Both the position numbers and the translations under genes were made by a program. Below, piece after piece: positions 56,201 through 64,000 of a stretch of DNA of 64,000 bases. The notes under the pieces were generated by a model, which did no database searches, was not told where the DNA came from, and saw nothing but the letters and a program-made list of their open reading frames with translations. How positions within the stretch are numbered: the first letter of the stretch is position 1; each line of letters begins with the position of its first letter. Origin of the DNA: Clostridia bacterium (GTDB taxonomy: Bacteria > Bacillota > Clostridia > Oscillospirales > CAG-272). Location of the stretch: the NCBI GenBank assembly GCA_017399305.1, contig JAFQDK010000038.1, positions 97 through 64,096 of the forward strand. The letters run 5' to 3'.

Positions 56201-59200
56201 CTGAGAGTGCCGTCCTTCGATGTTGCAGGAACCGCTGCCGCAACTGCGGGAGTTGTGGGAGCACTGAGAGTGCATCCGTCTGCACAGTAATATGTGCCGT
56301 CAGCCTTTACAACATATGCATGCTCATGATATACCGCTTCTGTTCTGGTTCTGCCGCATTCAACACAGGTATATGTGATTACGCCTGCCTTACTTACTGT
56401 AGGCTTTGTGGTAATAACACCTTCGTCCCAATCACATTCGGGGTCGACATTCTCGGTAACAATGTAATTTGTCTTATTGATATTGCCTGTATTACCTTGC
56501 TCAAAGATAATATCATCACCAAACGAAGCAAGGAAGCCGTGTCTACCGTAGTTGAGAGTAACATTTGCGGTTGTGTTGGTGTCATTGAACGTACCGTTCT
56601 TGAAGAAGAACAGTCTGTGAATGAGAGGCTCTGTACGTGTGCCCTCGCCCTCGTAATCGTCAATGCCATCCTCGTCGGAAACGTTGATTACAGTGTTTTC
56701 AACGTTTCTGATATAGAATCTGCCGCTGTTTTCGAAAGTAATATCATCGGATGTACCTGCAGTAGCATTTGTACTTCCGTCAACGATATTGGAGTTGTCG
56801 TTGAAGTTGATATAGAGATTGTCGAGATGTGCATTACCGTCGGTAAATGTCATTTCAACTTTATTGCCGCTTGCATCTATAACAGTATCCGTGCCTGCTT
56901 CGCCTACGTTACGGAAACCGGAGCCAAATGCATGTACGCCTGTGTTATCATTAAGATTAACAATAGAAGTACAATTATCGGTGTATACATCCTCAAGTAT
57001 CTCAGAGGTGGACATTGTATACAGGAAGTAAATCACAGCATCAAGTGTACGTGTGGTAGCATTTTTACCTGCATAACCGTCTTGAACATTAAGAGTAACC
57101 GTCTTGCTTGAGATTGTTGTTCCGTCAGGACAATCAACCGCAAATGCACTTCCGAGATAAACTCTCTCATAGAAGTAGCCGCGGAACTTGGAGGAACTTG
57201 TAATAGCAGGACCGTCGATATTAACAGTAGTAGATATTTTAGTGCTGAGAGTTGCAGAATCTGCTTCCTCACCGTAAAGTCCAGCAAGAAGATAACATGT
57301 TGCGCCATTCTGTGAACGGATATATCCCATGTCAATATCGTTCCAGTTTGCAGAGATTATTACGCGGTAGTTTTCTTCGTCACCAGCCTTGAAGAGAAGG
57401 TCGTCAAATACTGCCTTACCGCCCATAACAAGCTGAACATCCATGGTCTTTATAAGGAAGCCTGTAGTTACTGAGCCGTATGAATCGTGGTATGAATCCC
57501 CTGCAGTAAATGTGATTGTATTGTCACCCCAGTCAGGAAGAATAACATCGTCATCGAGTACAATACCGCCGCAGATTGCAACAGTACCGCCAACATCTGC
57601 AATGCGGTTAACTGCCTCGTAAAGTGTACGAACCTTCTTTTCAGGTGACATACCTGTATTTACATCAATACCTACTTCTGAGCTGTTGCCGACATATACT
57701 GTGGGCTTGCTTGCCTGATGCGCATATGTCTCACCGCACTTAGAACAGGTGAGGTAATACTGCTTAGCAGATGAATCATATGCCCACTTATAGGTTTCAT
57801 TTGAGCTATGCTCATCGTTGCAAGTATTTGTATACTGAGTAAGTACAGGTGTATTGAGTCCCATATACCATGCACTGGTCTTTACCATCGTTTCAACGCC
57901 AATAGCAATATCAGTGTTTGTGAGGTTAGGAACATCCAAAAGCTGAGCCTTGGTATCGCCGTTATCCTTAGCGGCTGTACCGTAATAGTTGCGAGTAAAT
58001 GTATGCTGTGTATTGTTTGCGCCTACCGCTACTCTACCAAAGGATGCGCGGATATAGTTTGTATCGCTGGAAGCGCTTCCGCTGACCTTGCTGGTAGACA
58101 TGGTATTGATAATGGAGATAGGTCCTTCGAAGCTTACACGTCCGGCAATACCGCCGACGTCAGTACCGCTGCCGGTTACCGAAATCGCGCCCTTGCTGTA
58201 TGCATCCTTAAGAGTGAGAGATGCTTTTTCGTTTGCGTAGCTACGGAGATAACCTGCGATACCGCCGGCATATGCATAGCCTGCAACTACCTTGTTTGTG
58301 TTATAAAGTTCGGATACAGTAACAGGAACGGAAGTGGTAGATACAAGGCCGAAGATACCGCCGGCATTCTGTCCTGCAACCTCGCCAGCATACTCATCTG
58401 TTGCTGATGCGGTTATAACACCGGTGTTAGAGCACTTGGATACTGTCTGCTTACCGGTTGCGGTAAAGTAACCACGATTGTAGTAAGAACCGATGATACC
58501 GCCGGCATATGCACCGGTAGTAACATTTCCGGTATTCTTACATGTAGAAAGTGTAAGCGTTGTATCTTCCTGATTGCTTACAACACCGATAATACCGCCT
58601 GCAAAGTCATATATACCGGAAATAGCACCGCTATTGGTATTGCCGGTAATAGTAATCTTGTTGCCTGTGAGGGTACTTGTTGCATCGTTATTATCAACCT
58701 GCAGTCTGCCGATGATACCACCGATACAAGTCTGACCGTTTATTGCACCGCTATTTGTACAGTTTGTAACCTTTAATACATTGTTGTTAGAAAGTATTGC
58801 TACGCGGCCAATGATACCGCCGGTATCTGTTTCTTCATAGTGGTCACCGTAAAGTGTTGCTGATGATGTACATTTATCAACAGTAACAGTTGTGCCTGTA
58901 ACCGGCGACGTTGCAAAAGGAAGTCTGTCGGCAGTTGTACGGATACGGCCGATGATACCGCCGACATGGCCATTGCCGGAAATTGTTCCGTCAACTTTAC
59001 AGCTTGAAATGGTTGCAGCCTTGCTGTTTGCGCTGAACAAAAGATCACCGATGATGCCGCCAGCGCGTGCGCCTGTAGATCCAACAGTTGCATTTGTTAC
59101 AGTGCAACCGCTGACGGTAACAGGAGCATATGCAATACCGATAAGAGCGGCGGATGCGTCCTTACCGCTGACATATGCATCTTTGATATTAACATTCTTC

Positions 59201-62200
59201 ACAGTTGCATTCTTGACAACTCCAAAGAGACCTGCACCTGCCTCGGTTGTCTGAACGATATTAAGGCCGGTAACAGTATAACCCTGACCGTCAAATACAC
59301 CTGTATAAGGTGTATCATTGTTACCGATAGGCTGCTGACCTAAAACACCTGTAAGGTCGATGTTTGCATCAATAACGCAATCATGGTCCCAAAGATTTTC
59401 CTGAGTCATGAAGATAAGCATTTCTTCTACGTTTGAGATAGCGTAGTCGAATTCGTTGCTACATGCACATACGCCGTCAACATATACATGCTCATGGAAT
59501 GCCTTAAGCATAGGAGCAGGTGCTTCGGATGTGCCTTCATTTACCCAGTTGGTCTTGCCACAAAGTCCTAAAAGACCGCCTGCGGTATTACCTGTGTTGC
59601 GGTAATACTTATGGTTTTCGGTGATATATGAAGGAACGCTTGTGACATACTTGGTTCCTACTGCATTGTAGATATTGTTGGTAACAAGTGTTACAGCAGT
59701 ACCGGTTGTAGTGGAATTACCTACTCTACCGATGAGACCTGCGTTGGTAGAAGCACCTGCACATACAGTAGCGCCTGCATGCATACAGTCCTCAAAGGTT
59801 ACAGGGGCATTGCCGCTTGCATCTGCCTCCTGAATTCCGAGATAACCGATAATACCGCCGAGTCTGCCTGAAGCAGAAGAACTTTGGGTGGTAATGATAC
59901 CCTTATTGAGAAGTTCGGTGAATACCGCTGTAGCATGGAAAGGAGTTTCCTGCTGACCGACATAGTTGAAATATGCACCGAGTATACCGCCGGTAAATGC
60001 GTTTGATGTAACATTACCGTAGTTTGCACACTTGCTGATGGTGAACGTATTGGTGCCGGTTGTTCCAGAATAGTTGAGGAAGCCGTAAATACCGCCCGCA
60101 ACGTTATTGGAAGTGGTAACATTACCGTAGTTCTTACAGTTTGTAATGCTCATGGTAACGCCTACAGAAGATCCGCTTGTACCGCCTGCAATACCGCCGG
60201 CAGAGTGTTTTGCCGTGATGTCGCCGTAGTTAATACAGTTGTCAATTGTGTTAGTAACACCGTCTACGAATGCAGTGTAACCCACAAAGCCGCCGACAAA
60301 CTGTGAAGATGTACATGTAACATCAACATAAGATACACAATTTGTAATAGTGAAATCTCTACCGTATCCGATAAGGGCAGCAACATTATTGCCGCCGGAG
60401 GTAGCAGTAGAGGTAACCTTACCCTTGATGGTAAGATTCTTGATTTCTGCGCTTACAGCGTGACCGAAAAGAGCAATGTTAGCAGTATCGCCCGAAATAT
60501 TGATACCGCTGATGGTAAATCCGTTACCGTCAAGACTACCGCTGAAGGTTTTGGTGGAATTACCGATAGTAGTCTGCGTATAGCCTGTGAGGTCGATATT
60601 TGCAACAAGCTTGTAATCCTTAGCCCACAGATTAGTGCTTCCTACAGCCTGATTGTTCATGAGGAAGATGATTTCTTCCGCTGTAGCGATTTCTTCATCA
60701 AAGATAGAAACTCCGCACGCACAGATACCTGTTGTTCCAAGATCATGGTCGTGAATAAAATCAAGCTCGGGCTTGCCGCTTGCATCGGTTACCCAGGATG
60801 TCGCCGCCGCAAGAAGTGCAAGACTGTCATCTGAGGAAGCGCTATTGCAATTGTATGCAAGATTTACAACATTGCCGTTTTTATCGGTAATCTTGCTGGT
60901 AGTGGTATTATTTATTATGCTTGCAAAATTGCTGATAATAGCAGTTCCGGTCTCATTGTACATGCGCACAATTGAGAACATGCCCATTACATCAGAGCTT
61001 CCGCCAAGAGTGCCAATCATTCCGTCTGTACCGGAAGCTGTGTTCTGCCAGTCGGACATAGTAACAGGAGCCTTGCCATTATCGCCGAGTAGCGGTACAC
61101 GGAAAATACCGATGATTGCGCCATCATATGCAGAATCGGTTGTGACAGTAATCTTTCCGCTATTATAAAGCTCGGTCATAGATGTTGTAATGTCGTAAGC
61201 ATTACGGCTACCGAGATATGTACTGATGATACCTGCAGCGCAGTCGCCGGCTGAAGTAATAGCCGCATAGTTTGCACACTCATTGATTGTGAACTTGCCG
61301 CCTGCAGGACAGTTATAGCCAATAGTACCGAGAATACCTGCTGCAGAGTTGGTAGTAGCGTTTACTGTGCCGTAGTTGCTGTCACGAAGGAGACTTATAG
61401 TACCGTTTACGGGGTAAGCATCAGTACCGGAAACCTTGCCGCTGTAAATGTAACCGACAATACCTGCAACTCGCTGAACACCCTCGATTGCACCGTGGTT
61501 TATGCAGTCATTTATCGAAATTGACTGACCGTCATGCTGAACCTTGGATGCACCGACAATACCGCCGACAGCACCAACTGTGGCTGTAACATCCACGTAT
61601 GAAACAACGTCTTCAATAACGAGTGAGGGGCCGATATCCCAACCAACGAGACCGCCGGTATAGTTTCCGGAACCTGTAACCGTACCGTCAATAGTCAGGT
61701 TCTTGATAGTCGCACCTGAAACGACGCCGAAAAGGCCGGTATATGATGAGGTCGAAATATTAATACCGCTGATAGTGTGGCCGGCACCGTTAAACGTACC
61801 GGTAAAAGCATTTGCTCCTGCACCTGTACCTATAGGCTTCTGAGTGTAGCCTGTAAGGTCGATGTCTGCAGTGAGTGTATACTTTCCACCCCAGAGAGAG
61901 GAGTCATTCATAAGTGCAACAAGCTCGGACGCGGTGCCGATTTTACCGTCTGCAACTGACATACCGCAGCTACATACGCCGCTTACAAATGTATGAGAAT
62001 CATGGGGCGCGATAGCAAGAGTAACAACTCCGTCAACGCCAGTTTCCCAGAGTGAATTTGCAGCAAGAGAAGAAAGCTCTGCATCGCTCGAATTTACATT
62101 ACAGCTATCTGTAATAGTAACTGTATTGCCGTTGATAGTTGCCTTCGTGCTATTTACTGTGCCCAAGGCTGAACGGATTATCTTTGCGCCGACCGCGTTA

Positions 62201-63309
62201 TAAAGACGGGTTGCAGTGATAACTGCCGCAGGCTGAGCCTCAGTAGTATCTGTCGCCGCTGCAGGAGCACCAAAACAGCCGAGGAGCGCCTCAGAAGTAT
62301 CTGTACCTGCATGCATCCAGTCGGAAATAGTAATAGGTGCTACATTATTTGTACCAAGCACGGGAATTCTGATGATACCCGCTATACCGCCAGAGCGAGT
62401 TACAACAGTAGCGTTGATATTTCCCTCGTTATAAAGGCCTGTGAGTGTTACGCTTGATACTCGGCTATGGTTTGCCTGAAGATATCCGCCGATAATACCT
62501 GCAACGTAGTCAGGACCGGTAATATCTCCGTAGTTTGCACAATTTTTGATATTGAGAACACCCTCATCGGTGGTGTTTGCATAGTCGTAGTAGCCAAGGA
62601 TACCTGCAACAACATTACCTGTTGATGTAACGTTTCCGTTATTGATACAACCTGTAACGGTAAGTGTACTTGCCTGGTTCGCGCCTGAGACACCTCCGAC
62701 ACGTCCGATAAGACCGCCGACATACTTAAAGCCGCTTACAGTGCCGTTGTTTACACAGTTTGTAACAGTAACAACATCACCTGCGGAAATAAACGCAATA
62801 TGTCCGATAAGACCACCGACGTCACTTCCGTCTGCGGTTACGTTGATGCTGGATTTGACATTTGTAAGAGTAAGGCTGTTTCTCGAACGACCAATAAGAC
62901 CGCCGACAAAAGCATCATTATTACCGGAACCCGGATAATATGTACTCTTAACAGCACCGCTTACTGTGAGGTCCTTGATAGTTGCGTTTTTAGTCGCGCC
63001 AAAAAGACCTGCATAAGCAGTCGTAGCCGAAATGTTGATACCCTTAATGGTTTTATTATTACCGTTAAAGGTACCGACAAAAGGAGTCGAGTTACTACCG
63101 ATAGGCGTTTGAGTCTGTCCGCTCATATCAATAGTAGCCGAAAGAGTATAGGTGTTACCTGCGCCCCACTGAGATGAATCCTCCATAAGTGCGACAAGGT
63201 CCGCTGCTGTGGCAATAGTGTACTCAGCCGCGCCTGCATATACTGCAAGTGCAAGTGTGAGTGCTGCTATCATCATAGCAACAAGAAGTATACGTAACTT
63301 CTTTTTCAT
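53266..63309 (-). CDS. Giant (~3,347 aa) secreted modular surface protein: four GLUG-like repeat modules, two further beta-rich modules, a cohesin-like domain, Cys/His linkers and a duplicated C-terminal domain
   Basis: Start moved to MKKKLRILL after AAGGAG; signal peptide ending AVYAGA; repeated I.TA.EL..LM...W...Y.L..DIDL.G..Q.PIG...F.G.F.G and N.G.V...GGI.G motifs. Confidence 0.9.
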   Translation of the reverse strand: MKKKLRILLVAMMIAALTLALAVYAGAAEYTIATAADLVALMEDSSQWGAGNTYTLSATIDMSGQTQTPIGSNSTPFVGTFNGNNKTIKGINISATTAYAGLFGATKNATIKDLTVSGAVKSTYYPGSGNNDAFVGGLIGRSRNSLTLTNVKSSINVTADGSDVGGLIGHIAFISAGDVVTVTNCVNNGTVSGFKYVGGLIGRVGGVSGANQASTLTVTGCINNGNVTSTGNVVAGILGYYDYANTTDEGVLNIKNCANYGDITGPDYVAGIIGGYLQANHSRVSSVTLTGLYNEGNINATVVTRSGGIAGIIRIPVLGTNNVAPITISDWMHAGTDTSEALLGCFGAPAAATDTTEAQPAAVITATRLYNAVGAKIIRSALGTVNSTKATINGNTVTITDSCNVNSSDAELSSLAANSLWETGVDGVVTLAIAPHDSHTFVSGVCSCGMSVADGKIGTASELVALMNDSSLWGGKYTLTADIDLTGYTQKPIGTGAGANAFTGTFNGAGHTISGINISTSSYTGLFGVVSGATIKNLTIDGTVTGSGNYTGGLVGWDIGPSLVIEDVVSYVDVTATVGAVGGIVGASKVQHDGQSISINDCINHGAIEGVQRVAGIVGYIYSGKVSGTDAYPVNGTISLLRDSNYGTVNATTNSAAGILGTIGYNCPAGGKFTINECANYAAITSAGDCAAGIISTYLGSRNAYDITTSMTELYNSGKITVTTDSAYDGAIIGIFRVPLLGDNGKAPVTMSDWQNTASGTDGMIGTLGGSSDVMGMFSIVRMYNETGTAIISNFASIINNTTTSKITDKNGNVVNLAYNCNSASSDDSLALLAAATSWVTDASGKPELDFIHDHDLGTTGICACGVSIFDEEIATAEEIIFLMNNQAVGSTNLWAKDYKLVANIDLTGYTQTTIGNSTKTFSGSLDGNGFTISGINISGDTANIALFGHAVSAEIKNLTIKGKVTSTATSGGNNVAALIGYGRDFTITNCVSYVDVTCTSSQFVGGFVGYTAFVDGVTNTIDNCINYGDITAKHSAGGIAGGTSGSSVGVTMSITNCKNYGNVTTSNNVAGGIYGFLNYSGTTGTNTFTISKCANYGNVTSNAFTGGILGAYFNYVGQQETPFHATAVFTELLNKGIITTQSSSASGRLGGIIGYLGIQEADASGNAPVTFEDCMHAGATVCAGASTNAGLIGRVGNSTTTGTAVTLVTNNIYNAVGTKYVTSVPSYITENHKYYRNTGNTAGGLLGLCGKTNWVNEGTSEAPAPMLKAFHEHVYVDGVCACSNEFDYAISNVEEMLIFMTQENLWDHDCVIDANIDLTGVLGQQPIGNNDTPYTGVFDGQGYTVTGLNIVQTTEAGAGLFGVVKNATVKNVNIKDAYVSGKDASAALIGIAYAPVTVSGCTVTNATVGSTGARAGGIIGDLLFSANSKAATISSCKVDGTISGNGHVGGIIGRIRTTADRLPFATSPVTGTTVTVDKCTSSATLYGDHYEETDTGGIIGRVAILSNNNVLKVTNCTNSGAINGQTCIGGIIGRLQVDNNDATSTLTGNKITITGNTNSGAISGIYDFAGGIIGVVSNQEDTTLTLSTCKNTGNVTTGAYAGGIIGSYYNRGYFTATGKQTVSKCSNTGVITASATDEYAGEVAGQNAGGIFGLVSTTSVPVTVSELYNTNKVVAGYAYAGGIAGYLRSYANEKASLTLKDAYSKGAISVTGSGTDVGGIAGRVSFEGPISIINTMSTSKVSGSASSDTNYIRASFGRVAVGANNTQHTFTRNYYGTAAKDNGDTKAQLLDVPNLTNTDIAIGVETMVKTSAWYMGLNTPVLTQYTNTCNDEHSSNETYKWAYDSSAKQYYLTCSKCGETYAHQASKPTVYVGNSSEVGIDVNTGMSPEKKVRTLYEAVNRIADVGGTVAICGGIVLDDDVILPDWGDNTITFTAGDSYHDSYGSVTTGFLIKTMDVQLVMGGKAVFDDLLFKAGDEENYRVIISANWNDIDMGYIRSQNGATCYLLAGLYGEEADSATLSTKISTTVNIDGPAITSSSKFRGYFYERVYLGSAFAVDCPDGTTISSKTVTLNVQDGYAGKNATTRTLDAVIYFLYTMSTSEILEDVYTDNCTSIVNLNDNTGVHAFGSGFRNVGEAGTDTVIDASGNKVEMTFTDGNAHLDNLYINFNDNSNIVDGSTNATAGTSDDITFENSGRFYIRNVENTVINVSDEDGIDDYEGEGTRTEPLIHRLFFFKNGTFNDTNTTANVTLNYGRHGFLASFGDDIIFEQGNTGNINKTNYIVTENVDPECDWDEGVITTKPTVSKAGVITYTCVECGRTRTEAVYHEHAYVVKADGTYYCADGCTLSAPTTPAVAAAVPATSKDGTLSVDFTYKSTTAIAGATFKINAPDGFKLTKAEVKLPTVESGTGLTATVTSGLTLPYTVALLNNPAADAKVTKTVVITLTFDVSDIDHDTVHIIEVYDAQSYNIAEDEIETTAVSAEVSVPHEYDYVWEKSGSTYYIPCLTCGEHYVEHTGSLPTVYVDDDNGSDANDGITTDTPVKTLKEAVHRLHKVAGHIKIVGDYNLSASVSFAEDWVNTIYIEGGTINIAKDGVRITQRGNLKYNGVTFVGTTSGSSDIIFEANYHNLTMQNISANTYARAIICAGEYYPNASNTTATTSKIKLYGVTNGENITDSFYYNVVLGSWIKDDTGPFTVENKTIELETVDNGEVATSIRTLNAMSRSTNANVTGVTTENCHTTINLSDNTELYQLRTGSSNVNGYNKDTTDVTDSLASLVLNLNANSHTTGGTIDITNVLDTTVNVSLEKDGRTTPLTTDITFYMNGTVQEEETKATVSYGTHGFVYTLTDPVNQGATATNLTITENVTNECTFTTWDENDDSTHISTCTCGRTSTASHGFTNWASVSDTQHSRTCKTCGYVQTRNHTVTVLIAEAVAPTCGKDGSTAVYKCMHCDYTQTAEVVPATGNHSYGDYAYNGDETHTHTCTVCGATEDGNCEWDEGVVTTNPTPNAKGIVTYTCSICSGTKTEEIEFIEAKQGFSLGVTLLSEYVLEYVVKVDSAVSECWMVFEKSGEEPVTVEPVEVDGKWRFEVPGIAGKEMNDTISGTYYYVKDGVCYKSPTKQYNLVTYYNVMANSDAALKKVLDAMFNYGAAAQTYFNYNADNLVTEHIPADAIIDYTVTDVDADNSSVIGEAVEGQLYTPYNQFAVLEQRILMTLVFDATGDIDTSNLVFKGNYRNINGAKIFIDISGENMYTVTEDGKTRLCVDIDTVSAKDLRQEFTGALYIGDTQVSPTVTTSFESYAATVLAADDETILAMGISNPAALKAVCRATLAYSDAAAEYLKKVD

Positions 63310-63487
63310 AGTGCATTTCTCCTTCAAATATATTAATTTTTTGTTATAATTATCTAAAGAATATATTTCATCCACTATACTTTTTATATTAATTTTACAC
63401 CATTTTATCACCAAAATCAATGCAAAATATGCGTTATTTGTTCTTCTTTTTTTATAATATTATATTTTTTACATTCACTAAAGTAGC

Positions 63488-63527
63488 AAATAAAAAACGC
63501 ATCGGAAAACCGATGCGTTTTTTATTT
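63488..63527 (-). terminator. Terminator of the rpoA-rplQ operon
   Basis: AAATAAAAAACGCATCGG-AAAA-CCGATGCGTTTTTTATTT. Confidence 0.92.
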
Positions 63528-63535
63528 AAACCGAC

Positions 63536-63913
63536 TTATTTGTCAGCTTTCTCCTCAGTAGCGGGAGCGTTTGCAATCAGACGGATGATTGCCATCTCTG
63601 CTGCGTCACCGCGGCGGGGACCGATCTTGTAGATCTGAGTATAACCACCGTTACGATCAGCATACTCGGGAGCGATAGTGTCGAAAAGCTTCTTAACAAC
63701 GCTCTCCTTTGTGATAAAAGCAAGTGCCTGACGGCGGGAAGCGAGAGTGTTCTTCTTGCCGAGAGTAATCATCTTCTCAGCGAGAGGTCTTACTTCCTTT
63801 GCTCTGGTGAGAGTAGTCTCAACAGAACCGTTCTCAAGCAAATATGTTACCATACCTCTGAGCATAGCTTTTCTATGATCAGAAGTTCTGCCAAGTTTTC
63901 TTGTTCCGGGCAT
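63536..63913 (-). CDS. rplQ: 50S ribosomal protein L17
   Basis: [15 protein letters not shown]...TTLTRAKE...RNGGYT...RRGDAA. Confidence 0.98.
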   Translation of the reverse strand: MPGTRKLGRTSDHRKAMLRGMVTYLLENGSVETTLTRAKEVRPLAEKMITLGKKNTLASRRQALAFITKESVVKKLFDTIAPEYADRNGGYTQIYKIGPRRGDAAEMAIIRLIANAPATEEKADK

Positions 63914-63952
63914 TGTAATTCCCTCCTTGTAGTATTTAACCAGCTATGGTTA

Positions 63953-64000
63953 TTAGTCGTCCTCGCGCTTAAGCTCGAGGCCGAGTCCCTGAAGTTTGTG
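63953..64000 (-). CDS. rpoA: RNA polymerase alpha subunit, 3' end (partial)
   Basis: Minus frame HKLQGLGLELKREDD* matches the alpha-CTD tail and lies directly upstream of rplQ. Confidence 0.85.
   Translation of the reverse strand, partial: HKLQGLGLELKREDD

Noticed and set aside
1-64000. rRNA, tRNA, riboswitches, prophage or IS elements
   Set aside because: Intergenic gaps are short and explained by promoters and terminators, and I saw no cloverleaf, integrase, transposase or phage structural motifs. A covariance-model scan would be needed to exclude small ncRNAs.

Overview
Chromosomal window from a Clostridia (Bacillota) anaerobe, most like uncultured Oscillospirales-type gut genomes; this is inferred from gene content (SCIFF/ScfB, AddAB, dockerin, SLH, DUF4367-type anti-sigma). 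Housekeeping genes are fumC, a type II topoisomerase B subunit, addBA, a split transketolase, rplQ and the 3' end of rpoA. They alternate with many secreted or surface-protein and regulatory loci. I found no rRNA, tRNA, CRISPR array, integrase or transposase. The main leads are: (1) a ~3,350-aa modular surface protein followed by a 52-aa peptide gene, missing from the ORF track, with a YxxP...FxxExI...S leader-like N-terminus; (2) a cohesin-like module in that protein and a dockerin on a secreted GH31 that shares its repeat modules; (3) an SDR + short non-PFL glycyl-radical enzyme + activase operon of unknown chemistry; (4) a 1.2-kb AT-rich cassette bounded by a perfect 39-bp direct repeat of the topoisomerase stop codon and terminator; (5) an SLH-anchored trypsin-like domain with its catalytic Ser replaced by Tyr; (6) an RBS-masking hairpin overlapping a putative ECF promoter, and an ECF sigma fused to a TM segment and extracellular domain. 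All family calls come from reading motifs by eye, not from database searches.
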